The notes below the pieces were generated by a model. The model was not told where the DNA came from and ran no database searches. It was given only the letters and a program-made list of their open reading frames with translations. Shown here one piece after another: positions 50,801 through 63,387 of a stretch of DNA of 64,000 bases. Origin of the DNA: Enoplolaimus lenunculus (taxonomy: Eukaryota); contig JASANG010001107.1 in the NCBI GenBank assembly GCA_030248215.1, forward strand, positions 124,001 through 188,000, in the 5' to 3' direction. The position numbers and the translations under genes are program-made. Positions within the stretch are counted from its first letter, which is position 1. Each line of letters begins with the position of its first letter.

Positions 50801-52155
50801 TGAGGAGCAGGGATTTTTATCTCCTCACAATTGCCCTTAAATTCAAACAATTAAACTAAGAAATCGCCTCCGAAACTTATTTTTTTTTACTTTATTCATT
50901 ACTTAGGAATAATGGTACAAACGCAACGATTGAAAATATTCACAAAACTACCACCAGCTCCAATTATAACAGACGTAGCACAAATATGAAAATTTGCTGA
51001 TCAACTGTGTAAAACCTCATTCACTTTGCTTGTATTGCGCAATTTTAATTTTACTTGTTTACTTCACCACGCCCACGACATATCCATTTTAAAGTTGTAT
51101 CAGGCATTACGTGACCTTTAATGCAACAGCTGGCTGCTTAGGTTTCTCCCAATTTAAATTCCTGGCAACGCTCCTAGCCAAAGTACGAACCTAGCTTCGT
51201 CAACACTATTTTCATGACTTGATATTTCATCTCTTTGACGCCTTGCTTCATCCAAGGCGAGTTTAAGGTTATTAATTTCGACAGCCGTTTGTTTGTCCTG
51301 AAAGGAGAGGCAAATTTTTGCAAAGTATTTGATGCAGTACAACAAGGATAATTTTCAGAAAACACCCAATGTTAAACACATCCATAACTATCTGTTGCAT
51401 ATCATGGTAACCACAGTATGGTACCTTCATCTGAAACAATGGCCTCAGCAGTCAATTCATATATCACCGCGCATTTCTGAGCAGGAAAATGCAGAGTCAA
51501 ATAAGATCAAAGCGATGTGTGTAGTTTAGTGAAGTATCAACATGCATCATAGACCATTAGCCTTCGTTCAAGGAATATAAATTTACCGGATACCGGATAG
51601 CAAATTTTCTGTGGAACCGGAACCGGTTAGCAAATTTTCTGTGGAACATCATAGACCATTAGCCTTCGTTCAAGGAATATAAATTTACCGGATACCGGAT
51701 AGCAAATTTTCTGTGGAACCGGAACCGGTTAGCAAATTTTCTGTGGAACCGGAACCGGTTAGCAAATTTTCTGTGGAACCGGAACCTACAACGGTAAATA
51801 TCCGTAAATTTGTACCAGACACCGACACCGGTATCGGTTTTTCACCACATATTAAAATTAATCGAATCCGCACACTGCATTATTGCACTTTACTTTTGCA
51901 TTGCATCATTGCACCTTATTTTTCACTGCATTACTGCACCTTACTTTTGCATTGCATTATTGCACCTTACTTTTGCATCGATTTCACGCTCTAGGGCAGT
52001 CAACCGTGCTTGAGTTGCTGTTTTTTGAGCTGCCCACATTTCCAAATCTTGACGATACTTCAGTAGTTCAGCGACGTTATCATTTCGCATCGTTTCAAGT
52101 TCTGTTGTTAACTGATCAATTCGACTTTGCTGAGATTCATTCTCCGCCGAAAAAA

Positions 52156-52213
<58 letters not shown>

Positions 52214-55200
52214 AGCTTTTAAAGCAGCGCCGCTCAAGTTAACAAAGTTACGGCTGCCTCAATAAAAATGAAAGTCATGTTAATATATGGTATGCTTAAA
52301 CAGAATATGGGTACGCATCAAGCAACAGAGGCTATGAAAATAAAAAACCCTGATTTTGCCGATTACGATAATATTCAATTCTTAATAATTCAAAAACGAA
52401 ATGCTTGTCAATGTGAACCAGTTAAACTGAAAAGCGCCTTCCCCACCCCAGATAAAAACAATATTGTTTTAGAATCGCAAAATCTGACAACTGAATACCT
52501 TAACTTTTGTAATATCATTTTTCAGAGTTTTGTTTTCATTTTCGACAGCAGTCATATTTGCTACTGCCGCTGTAGACTGCTCTAGTGTGCTTAACGTTGT
52601 GTTAAGTTGACTCAACGTTTGACCACTTTGATCAAGTTCGTTGTTCAATTGAGTGACTCGGCTTTCAGCATTTGCTTTTAACTGCTCCAACGCAGTCACC
52701 TCACTAGCAAGCCTCGTGTTTGTTGCTTTCAGTTCCGACAGTTCGTTACGTAACGCAACAATAACTTTCTGAAGCAAACGCAACAAAAACGTTAGTTAGC
52801 TAAAACACCATATAAGTACGATAACCAGCGATAATTATTTCACGAAAACATAAATGTTAAGTATAGAATAGTGATCATAACCCTTGGAACACTGAATATT
52901 AATTGTTAATGCTGGTAAAAATTGGCTTCAACAACTGTGCCAATCATAGGTATAGCACAGATTTTGAAAAAAGACCACGGTCAATAAAAAAATTCGAAGC
53001 GAGTTGTTGTCTTACCAACTGTAAATGGTGCTAAAAATCCCTGTACAAAGATCCGCTATGTGGAGGGGCGAACCTTATCTACCGTAGCTTGCATTCGCTT
53101 GACAAAAATTTTAAACGCAAGCTAGTTGGCGCCTAAACGACCTAAACTTTGCCATTCTAAAAATACCTCATCCTCCGCAGTTGATGAAGCAGCCGCTTTG
53201 ACCACATCAATATGTTGAACTCGAATTTGTTGTTCTGATTTCAAAGCATCCATTTCAGACAATGCCTTATCTTTCGCTGCAGCAATCTCGGATATTTGAT
53301 GCTCAGCTTGCTTCAACTTGTTCTGCAGGTCTTTAACAGTAGCTGCATGTTTCTGAAATTGCATGTCGCAGTGAACAGTAGAATAATATAAACAGTTTGA
53401 TTTTAAGTCGGTTTAAACAGCTAAAGAAAACGCGCACATGTTCAAAGGTGTGCAAACTGTCAATTTTGTATTCATTTCGTATTCCACAGTTAAGGTTTTC
53501 CTAGTAACGTTAAAGCGACTCCCTTCAATTTTTTGCACCCTTGCAAAAAAATTTACAATTTGCAGACTTTTAGTTTATAACTCACACAAAGTTTCACTTC
53601 GCGTAAGAATTGTGAGACTATGCATGCACGGTACCTGCATTTTAATTTCTTGCGCAATTTAAGTACACATAAAGTGCGCAGAACCATCATCAATTATAAG
53701 CCGAAAGTAACTTTCCTTCTTCTTCCACCCACATCACGAATCACAAGTTTATACTTCCTTGTAGCGGGAGGCATATGTTCACTCGCCAGCAGTCTAGAGA
53801 AACCGCGGTACAGTGTGTTTCTTAACACACCAGAAAAATATTTAGAAGCCAACGATGTTCTTTAAAAAAGATGAATTCAAAGAATTTTGACCTCTCTAAA
53901 TACTCAAAAATATACCTCAGACGCTTTAGCTTGACTTCGAAGGCGGTTATCACGTTGTGCAAGCTCAGACTGAAGCTGTGTTAACTCCGTTGATACGCGG
54001 TTTTTCTCATTACTGCAACATAATAAGGTCAGAATACGAAAACCGATATTGTGCCACAAACATACGTCCAAATATATTTTCGCTTTATATTAGTTTTACG
54101 TCAATACTAAGATTTTTGCTGATGTTGATGCTCTTATTTAAAAACTTGCCGATATCTATTAATATAAGTAGTTATACCCCCATGATACCCCACCTAAGTG
54201 GCTGTCACAAGGGTCGGTGGTATGAGGAGGGTGACTAATAATAAAAACGCACGAAGCCGGAGACCATGTAGCTAACAGTAAAAGACACACGGGGACCATT
54301 TATGAATCCAAAATGCTGAAAATTTACTATAAAAGTCGCTATTACTGACACTAATTTAGTTATGTTTTATTGTTTTATTTTAGGCATTTGTTTCTGCAAT
54401 TTTTTTGTCACTACGTACACTTTATCAAATAAAAAAGATTTCGAACAGTTTAATTTGTTATTCCAATACACTTTAATTGCTTACGTACGAGTGTTCGAGC
54501 TTCGCTCAATAAATGTAGTCCCACTACGACTGGTGAGCTAGTTTTTCAAGACTTAGATTGTGTATAGAATCTGATATTTAATTTTTACCGGAACAGCAAC
54601 CGGATACCGGAACAGCAACCGGATAGTGGATATTGTATATGTTTAAATAATTTATTTTTTCGCTGTATTTTTATCGTGCTCAAATTTTCCGTTCGTTATT
54701 AAATTCATAATCGCTGCTGAAAAACTAAAATAATACAAAAATGCGTTTAACTATCGTTCGTTTAAGTTAAAAATAGCATAAACGTCCTGAAACTTTAATT
54801 TCTTGACTTGTAAAGAAATGTAATCGCAGCCATTTAATAAAGACGCTTACTTGTAAAAAGCAATTTTATGATATTCGGCATCACAACCGTAAATATCCGA
54901 TATCCGATGCAGGATACCAAAACCGGATATGGATATCAGTTTTTGCCGGAAAATAAACCGGAACCGGATATCTGGTCGCACCTTGTCCATGGGGGTTATA
55001 ACTACTAATACATGATGCTTAATTAATAACTCGGATTAGTACATTAATTAATTATAAATGAAAATACTTAAAACCTAACAACGATAAACAAAACAAACGC
55101 GATAAACATCAGTTTCAAGTTCAGACACACATACGGCTGCAAGTAAAATTAAAAGCATTTTAACTTAATGCTAAATGCAAAAAAAGTATCGGCAAAAATC

Positions 55201-58200
55201 GATCATTTCTTTATAGTGCTTATGCGGATACTCACGAAAGTGTGTCGATTATTACCGAATAATAATATGCAGATTTTTGTTCTACATGTCGCAAAACATA
55301 TGAGTAACTTACTCGATACGATTCAGCTGATCTTTCAGTCGCTGACTCTCCTGAACCAATATGGAAAGTGCAAGTTTTTCTCACAACATGAGTATATACA
55401 AGAAGCACAGAACCACTAGCGTTCTACTTTGAAATGCACAACCAAGATATTCAAATTTTTAAGTACAATTCCATCGCCATAAGCTACATTCGTGTTTATC
55501 GTAGTCAAAAACATAATTTGAGTCCGTATATAAAGCACGACTACGCTTACCTCACGCAACTGTTTCACAACTTGAGGGCCAGACGCAGCGTTTTGAACCG
55601 CCGTTTCGGCTTGTTGTTTTGCTTGCGACTCCATAATCTTTTGATAATTCATGATTTTAGTGTTATATTCTTGAATCTGCTGATTAAATTTCGTATTCAT
55701 TTCCTAAAATCGAAATATAACGAGCTAAAACTGTACGCCAATTCATGGTACACTACATTACAGAACAATTATACCACTGTTGCATGCACGATCCATATAT
55801 AGTATATATGGCGTAAGCAAAAATTGAAATAAAATTTGCGCGAAGTTTGCAAATCTATACACTGAAATACTGAAATAAAATTGCTTATAAAAAACCAAAA
55901 GAATTTTCAAAATGACCAATAGTCCAGTCACGGTTTGATAGGGCAGCCATACAATCAATTAAAGTAGCATAAAACATTTCCCAGCATTGAGCTTCGTTTA
56001 ATCCCTTCAAAGAATTTGACTTTAAGTGAAGCGAGGCACTTCGTTCAATATTTGAAGCCCGCTGCGTTTTAAGGATCAAGACCATACGCCCAAATTTTTC
56101 TTAAAAAACACGACCGAAACTTGATGTATTGTCTAGCAAAAATAATTGTAATTTTAATCCCACTTTGAACAAAGCTGATCAGGTACGTTAATTTGAATAG
56201 AATTGCCCAATATCCATGTTTAAAAATCGCCTTAACACACCTGGATTTTGTCTTGGTACCTACGCTCAGTAGTCTGTTTCTGCTGCATAAGGTCCGAAAA
56301 CTGACGCTCAAACGTTGAATATCGAGTTATCGTTTGTTTAAGTTCATCCCTAAAAGAGTAAATAGTCAGCATGTACCAGCAATATCAATTGTACTGTCAA
56401 GTGTAAATACTTTCTAACTGACACCATCAACAATTAATACAGCAAGTTTTAGATAATTTTCAAACAAAATTACAGGCCAAAGTTTAGGAACTAGTTACAA
56501 TCAGCATAAAACATCGCGTGTTCTATTTACATTAAATGGAACTAAATGGACGAAAAATTTTTTGTGACTCTCAAAACAATTTATATACCCCTTTCACACG
56601 CTTTGTTTCAGGCCGAATTTCTATTGCTTCGTTAAAGCAGAAGCCGTCTGCGACCTACAATCTGTATATTAACTAAATTGACAAAAATAGAGCAATAAGT
56701 AAAATAAAACCTAACAATGTATATACCCCATATCACGAATTTTATTGTTAGCATCTTGAAGCATTGCATCTTTGCGGCTAAGTTGTTCATCTTTATCTGC
56801 CAGCTGCTTGTAAACATCAGAGGCGTTATTACTTGTCGTTTGAACACTTAACACGTTCTGTAGTATTAAAAATTCAAAATTAAATATGCGCCCTTAAACA
56901 CCAATGACAATTTGTATAGTACCGGCCAGGGATGAGCGGTCTTGGTCAAAAATGGTGACTCTGTCTTCCGGGACCGAGATTGCTGGCCTCAGTCTCGGTC
57001 AATTTTTAACAGTTACAGAAAATAAAAAATTTCTAGCGAAATCTTTCAATGCTTTTTCGAACCTTACCACCAATTACGATAGACTCGTCACCTATATGAA
57101 CCTGTAAACCAAACCTAAACACAACAATACCTTGTTATCTGAACTTTAGCGACTCGTAAACGAGCATACTATTTTCAAATCATGGTTTCTTATGTGAAAT
57201 ATGAAGTATTCACCCACTTTCTTTCAAAGAAACCCAGCGATATTCAAAAAACCCACCAGAAATCCCACAAGCACTTCTACTTGTTTTTCACATAAAATCA
57301 AACTCAGACAAATATATTTTTGCTACCTTTGTTGTGTTGCGTGCTAGCATGCTTTTCTCATCACCACTTTGCTATAAGAGCTTAACGCGAGACCACATAG
57401 GGCTCTCATGTCTTGTGGAGATTTTGTGCTACAGAATGCATATAATACTAATAGTGAACAATAATTAACATTCACCTTTAGTTTCTCTAACACGACTTCG
57501 ACATTACAATTAGCAAACATCAGCAAACGTAGCTCAAAACAGATCAATTAAATATATTCTAAGAAAATATTATATTAATATAAACCTACTTTAATACAGT
57601 TTGTTGCGTGTATATTGTGTTCAGTTAAAATGCGCACGATTTGCTTAATTTCGCTTTCGTCAAACTCGATGGCTTTTAGCTGAGCCAAGATCTCCTTCGA
57701 CTGAGCTTAAATTTAATAAATATGCCATATTTACGGTATGAAAATGTAAACTCGATGCAAGATATTTATCTGATAATGAAAATAATTATGATAGCATGTC
57801 TTCGATAAGAAATTGCTCCAATCTCTGCAAATGTGCCGATTTTTCGTAATCCAGAAAGTACAAACAGCTCATATATCGGCTACCTGCTGGCTTCTTTCTA
57901 TCGTCCCGGGGTTCTGTAATAGAAGTCGGTTTTGGTTCTTCAGGCACCACATGCTGCATGTCAATATGCTGAGTGTGTGCCGGCTCTAATAAACTTTGTT
58001 TGTGATTTTTCACAACAATTTCGTGCGCAGCAATTTCAGCACTTGGTGTATCCAATTGCGACGTGTTTTCTACAACCAACATTACGATACACTAAACACC
58101 ACTAAGCTTGCTGTCAAGATTACTCCACTAAACTTATGGCGGGTTGAACAATTAAGCGGTGACACGAGACTTCCGCTGTAAAATTAGTTTTGCTATTGTG

Positions 58201-61027
58201 CAAAAAAATACAGCGGAACGGAAACCGCAAAAAACCTGTATTGAATCCTAAGCCAGTTACTGTCATTTGACAAATCCTAACTTTTGCTACAATCGTATAT
58301 TCAGCATTTTTCAATAAACTTACAATTTGAAACTGATCCAGCTGTAAGAAAATGGCTAAAGCAAACAAAGAATGAATAGTATACAGCTTACGTTTCGACT
58401 GTTTTTGCTTTTTCGCACGTTTCCTTAATTCTCCGCTAAACGATCCTTGTATCTTCTGATCAGTTAAAAGAGCGGGGTCTAAAACAAATGGTGGTAATTT
58501 TAATTTTTAAACATGAATCTTATTTCTGGAGTCGCTGAAGTAATAAACCAATCTGATAACAATCCCACAACTAATTTTTAAAAGTTGAGGTTTGTAAATT
58601 TCAACTCTCTTTCGAAGCTTCTCGTATGAACCAAATTTTGAAACGCTAGCCAGTCCGTTATCAAGAAATCTAATATCCGGAAAATTAATTCAATTAATAC
58701 TAGATTAGTGATGCCCCGGGGCCTAAGCCGTCGGGGCCAACAGGGACCAATTTTTTATGATTAACTGCCTTGCCTGGCACGAACAACAATCTGTTCACCT
58801 CGATTCTCGTTTCAAAGATATGAAAATCACAAGCAATGACTGTACACAGTATTTTTTAGCCTCCCACGGTTTTCTGTACACTACAAGATATACAGATTCC
58901 CACTGAGTGTTAAACATTTAGTTGGTTGCTCCGATAATATATACTTTTAAACGCTATCTATAAAGCATGTTTCCGATCATATCTACCTCAAAATGAGGGA
59001 GGTAGTCAAAGATCATTCACTATTGGGAAAGGTATTGCATAAATCGAAACTATATGTAGGTATTTGCCATTTCAACTTAAAATTGAATCTCACTCAGATA
59101 ATTAGAAACGTAATATTTGAGCTGTTACGGCTGCTAGACATGTTCTTTCTACGTAACTTCATTCATGTCAAACCAGAAGCAGGAGCAGCTTGCTAGCTTC
59201 GGCTTTCACAAAACCTAATCCTAATACAATTCGGAAAACTAACCCTACAAAAGCAAGTAGAAGACATGCTTCAAGTAATACAGGAAAAAGGAACTGAGAT
59301 AATTAGTTAATAATATGTATAAATAACTGTGCAACCTTCGATAAACACACCACAAAACACCAAAGCGTATCAAATTAAGACGTACCCGAAAACCACAGGG
59401 AGCCCAATTTTGCTATAAATTTGAGAAACTAAGAATGAGTTTTGACGCTACTTTTATACCCCGTTTGAAACAGAATAAAGCGTACGTCTGGAAAAGCAGT
59501 GCGACCCACCTTGTGACTCACCAACCACGACTTCTGCACCAGACACATTAACACACCCAGATGAGCTATTAAAAGTATTCTGTTGCTCATCTTGATGTTG
59601 TTGATGAATTCGTGGCTTTTGCAGCTGTTTCTGGGTTGATACTTCAAGATTATTCACTACCCCACTCGTTTGTTTGGCATAACCAGAACTTTCATCTGTT
59701 TTGCTCCTTTCAGATGTGTCAGGATCAGTTGCATTGGTTTTTGCGTTGAGTACTTGATATTCAATTGTGGTTGATTCAGAGTTAACGGCATTATTACTGC
59801 CCTTGCGTTGAGCGACCGACGCATCAATTTCGTTAGAAATACGAAGATTTCGCTTGTTTGCACTCCGTTTCCGCAGATGTTGATCCATATTGATGAACTA
59901 CAGAAAAAAAACAATTGTTCTCGATATTGAAAACAGCTTCTTAAATAATCAGTAATTACTTTAACGCTTGAGTAAACACAAGGGTTTTGTAACTCTAAGA
60001 AGTTTTCTTATGATAAAAGCCTACATATGTCATAGATACATACATACGTACGTAACTTCTATTTCATGACATCGATTTTACCTAGCAAAATACATGACAA
60101 AAAAGAAAAAACTAGTATATATATATGAAAACAATGGTACATATATATGAACGCCGCAACGAGCATAAATCGGAATCGAACCAAGATATTTATAGCAGAA
60201 GCAAAATTACATACCACTAAAAATTTAGTGACTGTATATAAAATAACATTCAAGAATGAACAGCATGTCCATTATTAACTTCAGAATTGCATGGTTTAGG
60301 CTTTCTGAGTACTTACGCTTGCCAAATATACGTATAGAATTCCAACAATAAAATATGACGCACATGTTACACTTACTTCCTCCGAATGCGAACTAGCGTC
60401 TTCAGAAATAGATTCCTGTCTACGAAGAACAGTGTGCTCCACCTTCTTCCCGATACCATTGATTGTTTTACTTGCTTTAACCTGCAGGAAATGCTAGACT
60501 AAGAATAACAAAATTATATTCAGTTTCGTGTCCTAACTCATACTAATGGTTTTGACAAAGTTTGATCATAAGTCACACCTTGTAATGATTTAAACGATGT
60601 CTCAAACTCGTTTCGCATAACTAACAACAATCCAACGAAACAGAACATTGCAACCAGTTTATCCTAACTTTACACTGTCCGTACGTCCGTCGTCCAACAC
60701 TCGACACAACATACAACCATGTGTGACCAATTGTATAGGGCCTGAGCACCGGTCACAAATAAATCCTGCCCCAAAGCATGCCCACTTTGTACCAACCTCG
60801 TCCGCTTTGGTCTTCTTTTTCTTTTCCTTTTTGTTTTCCCCTTTGCCACCAGATCCACCTTTCCTGGATGTCGAATGGTGACTGCTATCGAGCAGCAAAT
60901 GCATACCTCGTCGTTCTTGCATTATTTCTTCGAACGACTTTTCCCGCATTGTTAACAAAAAACATGACAACACAGCAAGAATAAGAACTATAAACACAAT
61001 AGCTAACAACAGCGCAGATAATTCCAT
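33516..61027 (-). CDS. RRBP1: RRBP1 (p180 ribosome receptor)/kinectin-family ER membrane coiled-coil protein, long isoform ~1450-1470 aa, ~35 exons
   Basis: N-terminal TM followed by MREKSFEEIM and a Lys-rich segment; family-like blocks FDESEIKQIVRILTE, KNNELREKNYKAV, YREWLHEF, YKSVLAHTDSVLRALESSV and LKTGQDALKQEQENVKLLQAQL. Phase-consistent exons: 60797-61027, 60377-60481, 59522-59897, 58392-58478, 57884-58069, 57590-57705, 56727-56857, 56241-56349, 55551-55703, 55313-55350, 53916-54012, 53167-53352, 52499-52768, 51971-52141, 51191-51297, 50162-50317, 49810-49938, 42637-42754, 41744-41817, 41163-41286, 40581-40673, 40279-40309, 39790-39933, 39385-39449, 38600-38652, 38290-38416, 37574-37669, 36985-37083, 36695-36739, (36506-36529/36544?), 36115-36327, 35622-35684, 35156-35227, 34788-34952, 34044-34073, 33570-33647. 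The final exon is ambiguous (stop at 33516 or 33474). RRBP1 versus KTN1 orthology cannot be resolved; it is probably a co-ortholog. Confidence 0.85.
37574..38416 (-). CDS. RRBP1: RRBP1/kinectin hallmark exons (38290-38416, 37574-37669)
   Basis: They splice to ...KKQQDKNN|ELREKNYKAVQAA..., compared with KNNDLREKNWKAM in vertebrate RRBP1. Confidence 0.88.
37746..38123. mobile_element. hAT-like MITE in RRBP1-like intron
   Basis: cacggtgcaaccgga ... tccggttgcaccctg with 8-bp TSD gttccagt/gttccagc. Confidence 0.85.
38809..38864. repeat. (TTA)n microsatellite, imperfect
   Basis: Read directly from the sequence. Confidence 0.9.
38926..39255. mobile_element. hAT-like MITE in RRBP1-like intron
   Basis: caaggtggca ... 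tgccaccctg; TSD tcagacgg/tcagatag; gaatcc subrepeats. Confidence 0.65.
39385..40309 (-). CDS. Calmodulin N-lobe-like module (2 EF-hands) on three exons 40279-40309, 39790-39933 and 39385-39449, in frame within the RRBP1-like gene
   Basis: Spliced translation TYALSQDTIDRYRMAFKLFDKDGDGCITLAEIHEAIKACGMKPSQRWVKDLIAEADFDGSGTIEWPEFLRAMTGATESTQ, with canonical GT-AG sites. It is absent from the ORF track because the exons are short. Confidence 0.88.
42102..42482. mobile_element. Degenerate hAT-like MITE (CAGGGTGCAA family)
   Basis: caggatgcaaaacgg ... tccggttgcagccgg; cggaat subrepeats; similar to 49268-49679. Confidence 0.5.
44846..45473 (-). CDS. Alternative terminal exon encoding an acidic linker plus AMPK-beta-like CBM48 glycogen-binding domain
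   Basis: PTTIYW..GNSVKLTGGFCNW..VIVDLPRGRHEFKFVVDGIW..QQNNFIDV* matches the AMPK-beta CBM pattern. The acceptor tttttag| is phase 2, matching the AA|gttagt donor at 49810. Confidence 0.85.
46763..47217. repeat. 333-bp near-perfect palindrome (46763-47095, centre 46929) forming an inverted triplication
   Basis: Forward copy 46763-46929, inverted copy 46929-47095, second forward copy 47091-47217 (288-bp offset). Confidence 0.92.
47143..48900. mobile_element. Non-autonomous TIR element with ~185-bp essentially perfect, internally palindromic TIRs
   Basis: 47143-47327 is the reverse complement of 48716-48900. The TIRs consist of gtgatagccc-tgagctat palindromic modules. No transposase ORF inside. 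Confidence 0.85.
49268..49679. mobile_element. Degenerate hAT-like MITE (CAGGGTGCAA family)
   Basis: cagggtgca ... ttgcaccttg ends. Confidence 0.5.
51545..51790. repeat. 102-bp duplication plus 30-bp tandem units (tagcaaattttctgtggaaccggaaccggt)
   Basis: catcatagaccattagcc occurs at 51545 and 51647; the 30-mer is repeated about 5 times. Confidence 0.9.
51875..51978. repeat. 26-bp tandem repeat (~4 units) overlapping a 5' splice site
   Basis: Unit ~ttacttttgcattgcattattgcacc; on the - strand it contains GCAAAA|GTAAGG. Confidence 0.85.
52157..52211. repeat. (TAA)n microsatellite, ~18 units, directly upstream of an exon on the - strand
   Basis: Read directly from the sequence; it produces the poly-L and poly-I ORF artefacts. 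Confidence 0.95.
59522..59897 (-). CDS. RRBP1: Exon 3 of RRBP1/kinectin-like gene (low-complexity polar linker)
   Basis: ttctgtag| acceptor in phase 0 and G|gtgagt donor in phase 1. It overlaps ORF 59454-59888 and is phase-compatible with both neighbouring exons. Confidence 0.75.
60797..61027 (-). CDS. RRBP1: First coding exon of RRBP1/kinectin-like gene: signal-anchor TM helix plus Lys-rich segment
   Basis: MELSALLLAIVFIVLILAVLSCFLLTMREKSFEEIMQERR resembles the TM + M-K-E-x-x-Y/F-E/D-E N-terminus of RRBP1/KTN1. Donor GAG|gttggt; upstream acceptor tttcag at ~61086. Confidence 0.88.
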
Positions 61028-63271
61028 ACTGGATATTCCAAATCAGTCGTTCATCAATTTAAATATTATATAAGCCCAAATAGATCTGAAATTTATAAGT
61101 ACGTAACTTAGGTACTCAATTGTTAACTACTTTTTACAGTGAGCGTGTTTAACATGTTTTACTAAGGAATCTTAATTTAGAAATTATATATTTCGCGCTG
61201 CTTAAATTCATCAAACAGTGCTCGACTTAGATGCTATATCCGGTGCATATCCGGCTCCAGCAAAAAATTCACTATCTGACTCCAGGTGCTAGCGCTCTCG
61301 GTTAAAAATCGAAACCGACACCTGACTCGTGACTACCGAGACAAGCGATGAAAAATCTCGGTCTCGGTCAATTTTTGGACATCACCGAAAAAAAATAAAA
61401 TTTTTAAACAAAAATAGTTCTAATGCTCTGCTTATAATTGTAATGTAGCTATGAAAATTCATAGATTCACAGTAAAATTTTATTTATAATGGATCATTTA
61501 TACTTCAACAATACAGGTTCCATCAAAAATTCGTTTGCAAGTCACTGTTTCATATACATATGTCATAGACCCATGTGCTATTTAGAAAACTACCAATTTA
61601 CATATGACTATCTGGAATTCAAATAACAGTGATTTAAAACCAACGCTGATTGGTTAACGGCATTGTGTCTGCCCAAATAATGAAATCATTCAAATCCGAT
61701 TGGTCTATATGTTTGATAGCAGTTTATCACAGGTCAAACTGCTATAACATAAAATAGCAGATTGCCCTCGGCCAATTAGTAATTGGCCTGAATAGCATAT
61801 TGCTCTACAGGCTACCACATACGTATATAGGATCCGCTTGTTTTTACAAGTTGTGTTTATATCTACAAAGATGTTACATTAAATTCTCTGACGCGAACGC
61901 CTGCATTTTATCAGCAGCAGAATGCGCAGAAGACGCCACATTTTGACACCCCTCCCGGGATTTTTTGATATTTTTGGTAATAACTCCTTAACGGGTGGAT
62001 GAAATGAGACGATCTTGGTCTCATTTTACTCCCCCCAACACGGCAAAAAATGTGCTTATCCGTTCTAACGTCTCCGTTTTTTGAACAGATTTAGTGCTGT
62101 GCTCTTTTGTAATGTTTTGTAAAATGTCATTTTTTTAAAAAATTGAATGCGGTTAAAATGTGGAGAATTGTATGCTCTGTATATCATGTAACCAGCAATA
62201 AGTGTTATATACGTACTATTATTAATAAGCTTAGTGCATGTACGCTCAATCATCTATATTACTGCTCCACTTTTTCCTTAAAGTTATTTCAATAACTGGT
62301 TGTAGCTATATTAACATGCTACCTTTAGTTTTAAAACGCTGACTATGTATAACACACAGAGTGTAAAAATATGCCCCAATATTAAGCATGCATTAGATCA
62401 GGCCATCGTTAGAAACAGTAGTAAAAATGTGGAATGTAGTATGACCCCACCCCCGGGACCCCCAGAAAATATAATCGTCACTTTTTAATATTTATACGTT
62501 GTTGGCAACAAAACCAAAATTAATCTGTTATTTTATTAAGCGGGTTAACCTAGCTCACGCAACTGGGATATAGATGTGGATACGTATGATCTCCCAGAAA
62601 CATTTTTATCACCGCCCGGAAATTTAATTTCACAGTGTTTTTAGTTGTAATCCACAGATTTGCGCAGTTTTCGAACGTTGGATAACTAGTGTCTAGGATA
62701 GCCAGTGTCTAACGTGTTGTTTCTGTTGATTGTTGCAATGAGCGATATTTTTCTAAAAAATTGCGTTCTTCCGGTGAGGAGATCAAATTTAGGTTTTCGC
62801 CGGAAAATCACTTTTTTAAAAATTCAGCACCTTTTAAACATAAACCAAAGATTGTGGGGGTGATCATAATCATCTGCCGGAATCACCACACGTTTCGAAA
62901 TGTGACACAAGATATGCGTTGATTCTATTCCTCAAACTGCCTGTATGATGCAATAGCTGTGCACTTTCACTATTCGTATATATTTTGTCTTAGAACAAAA
63001 TCTAGTCGTTTAGGCAATAACAAAAATTTTCACAAACCACAACGTTCTTTATACCAACTTCTTGAGTGAGATGAGCCAGCGACGGATGAATAAAAGAATC
63101 TTTGTTTGGGCTCTAGTTTGAAAGCTTATGTTAATGTAGCGTCCACAAAAAACCACATTGCAGGAAAACCAACCATTAGTTGTAAAACTTGTAAACATGT
63201 AAAATTCCGAGGGGAACAATATTTGAGTTTTTACTCCATAACTTTTTATCTAATTGCAAAACCATATTCCA

Positions 63272-63387
63272 CAATCGTTTCAATTCAAATTCCTGTTGCT
63301 GTTTCCGACTATTTAATATAGTTCGTGTTCAATCGTTTCAATTCAAATTCCTGTTGCTGTTTCCGACTATTTAATATAGTTCGTGTT
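63272..63387. repeat. 58-bp perfect tandem duplication
   Basis: caatcgtttcaattcaaattcctgttgctgtttccgactatttaatatagttcgtgtt x2. Confidence 0.92.

Noticed and set aside
51883..52242. Poly-Ile / poly-Leu signal-peptide-like ORFs
   Set aside because: Artefact of the (TAA)n microsatellite; only 51971-52141 on the - strand is coding.
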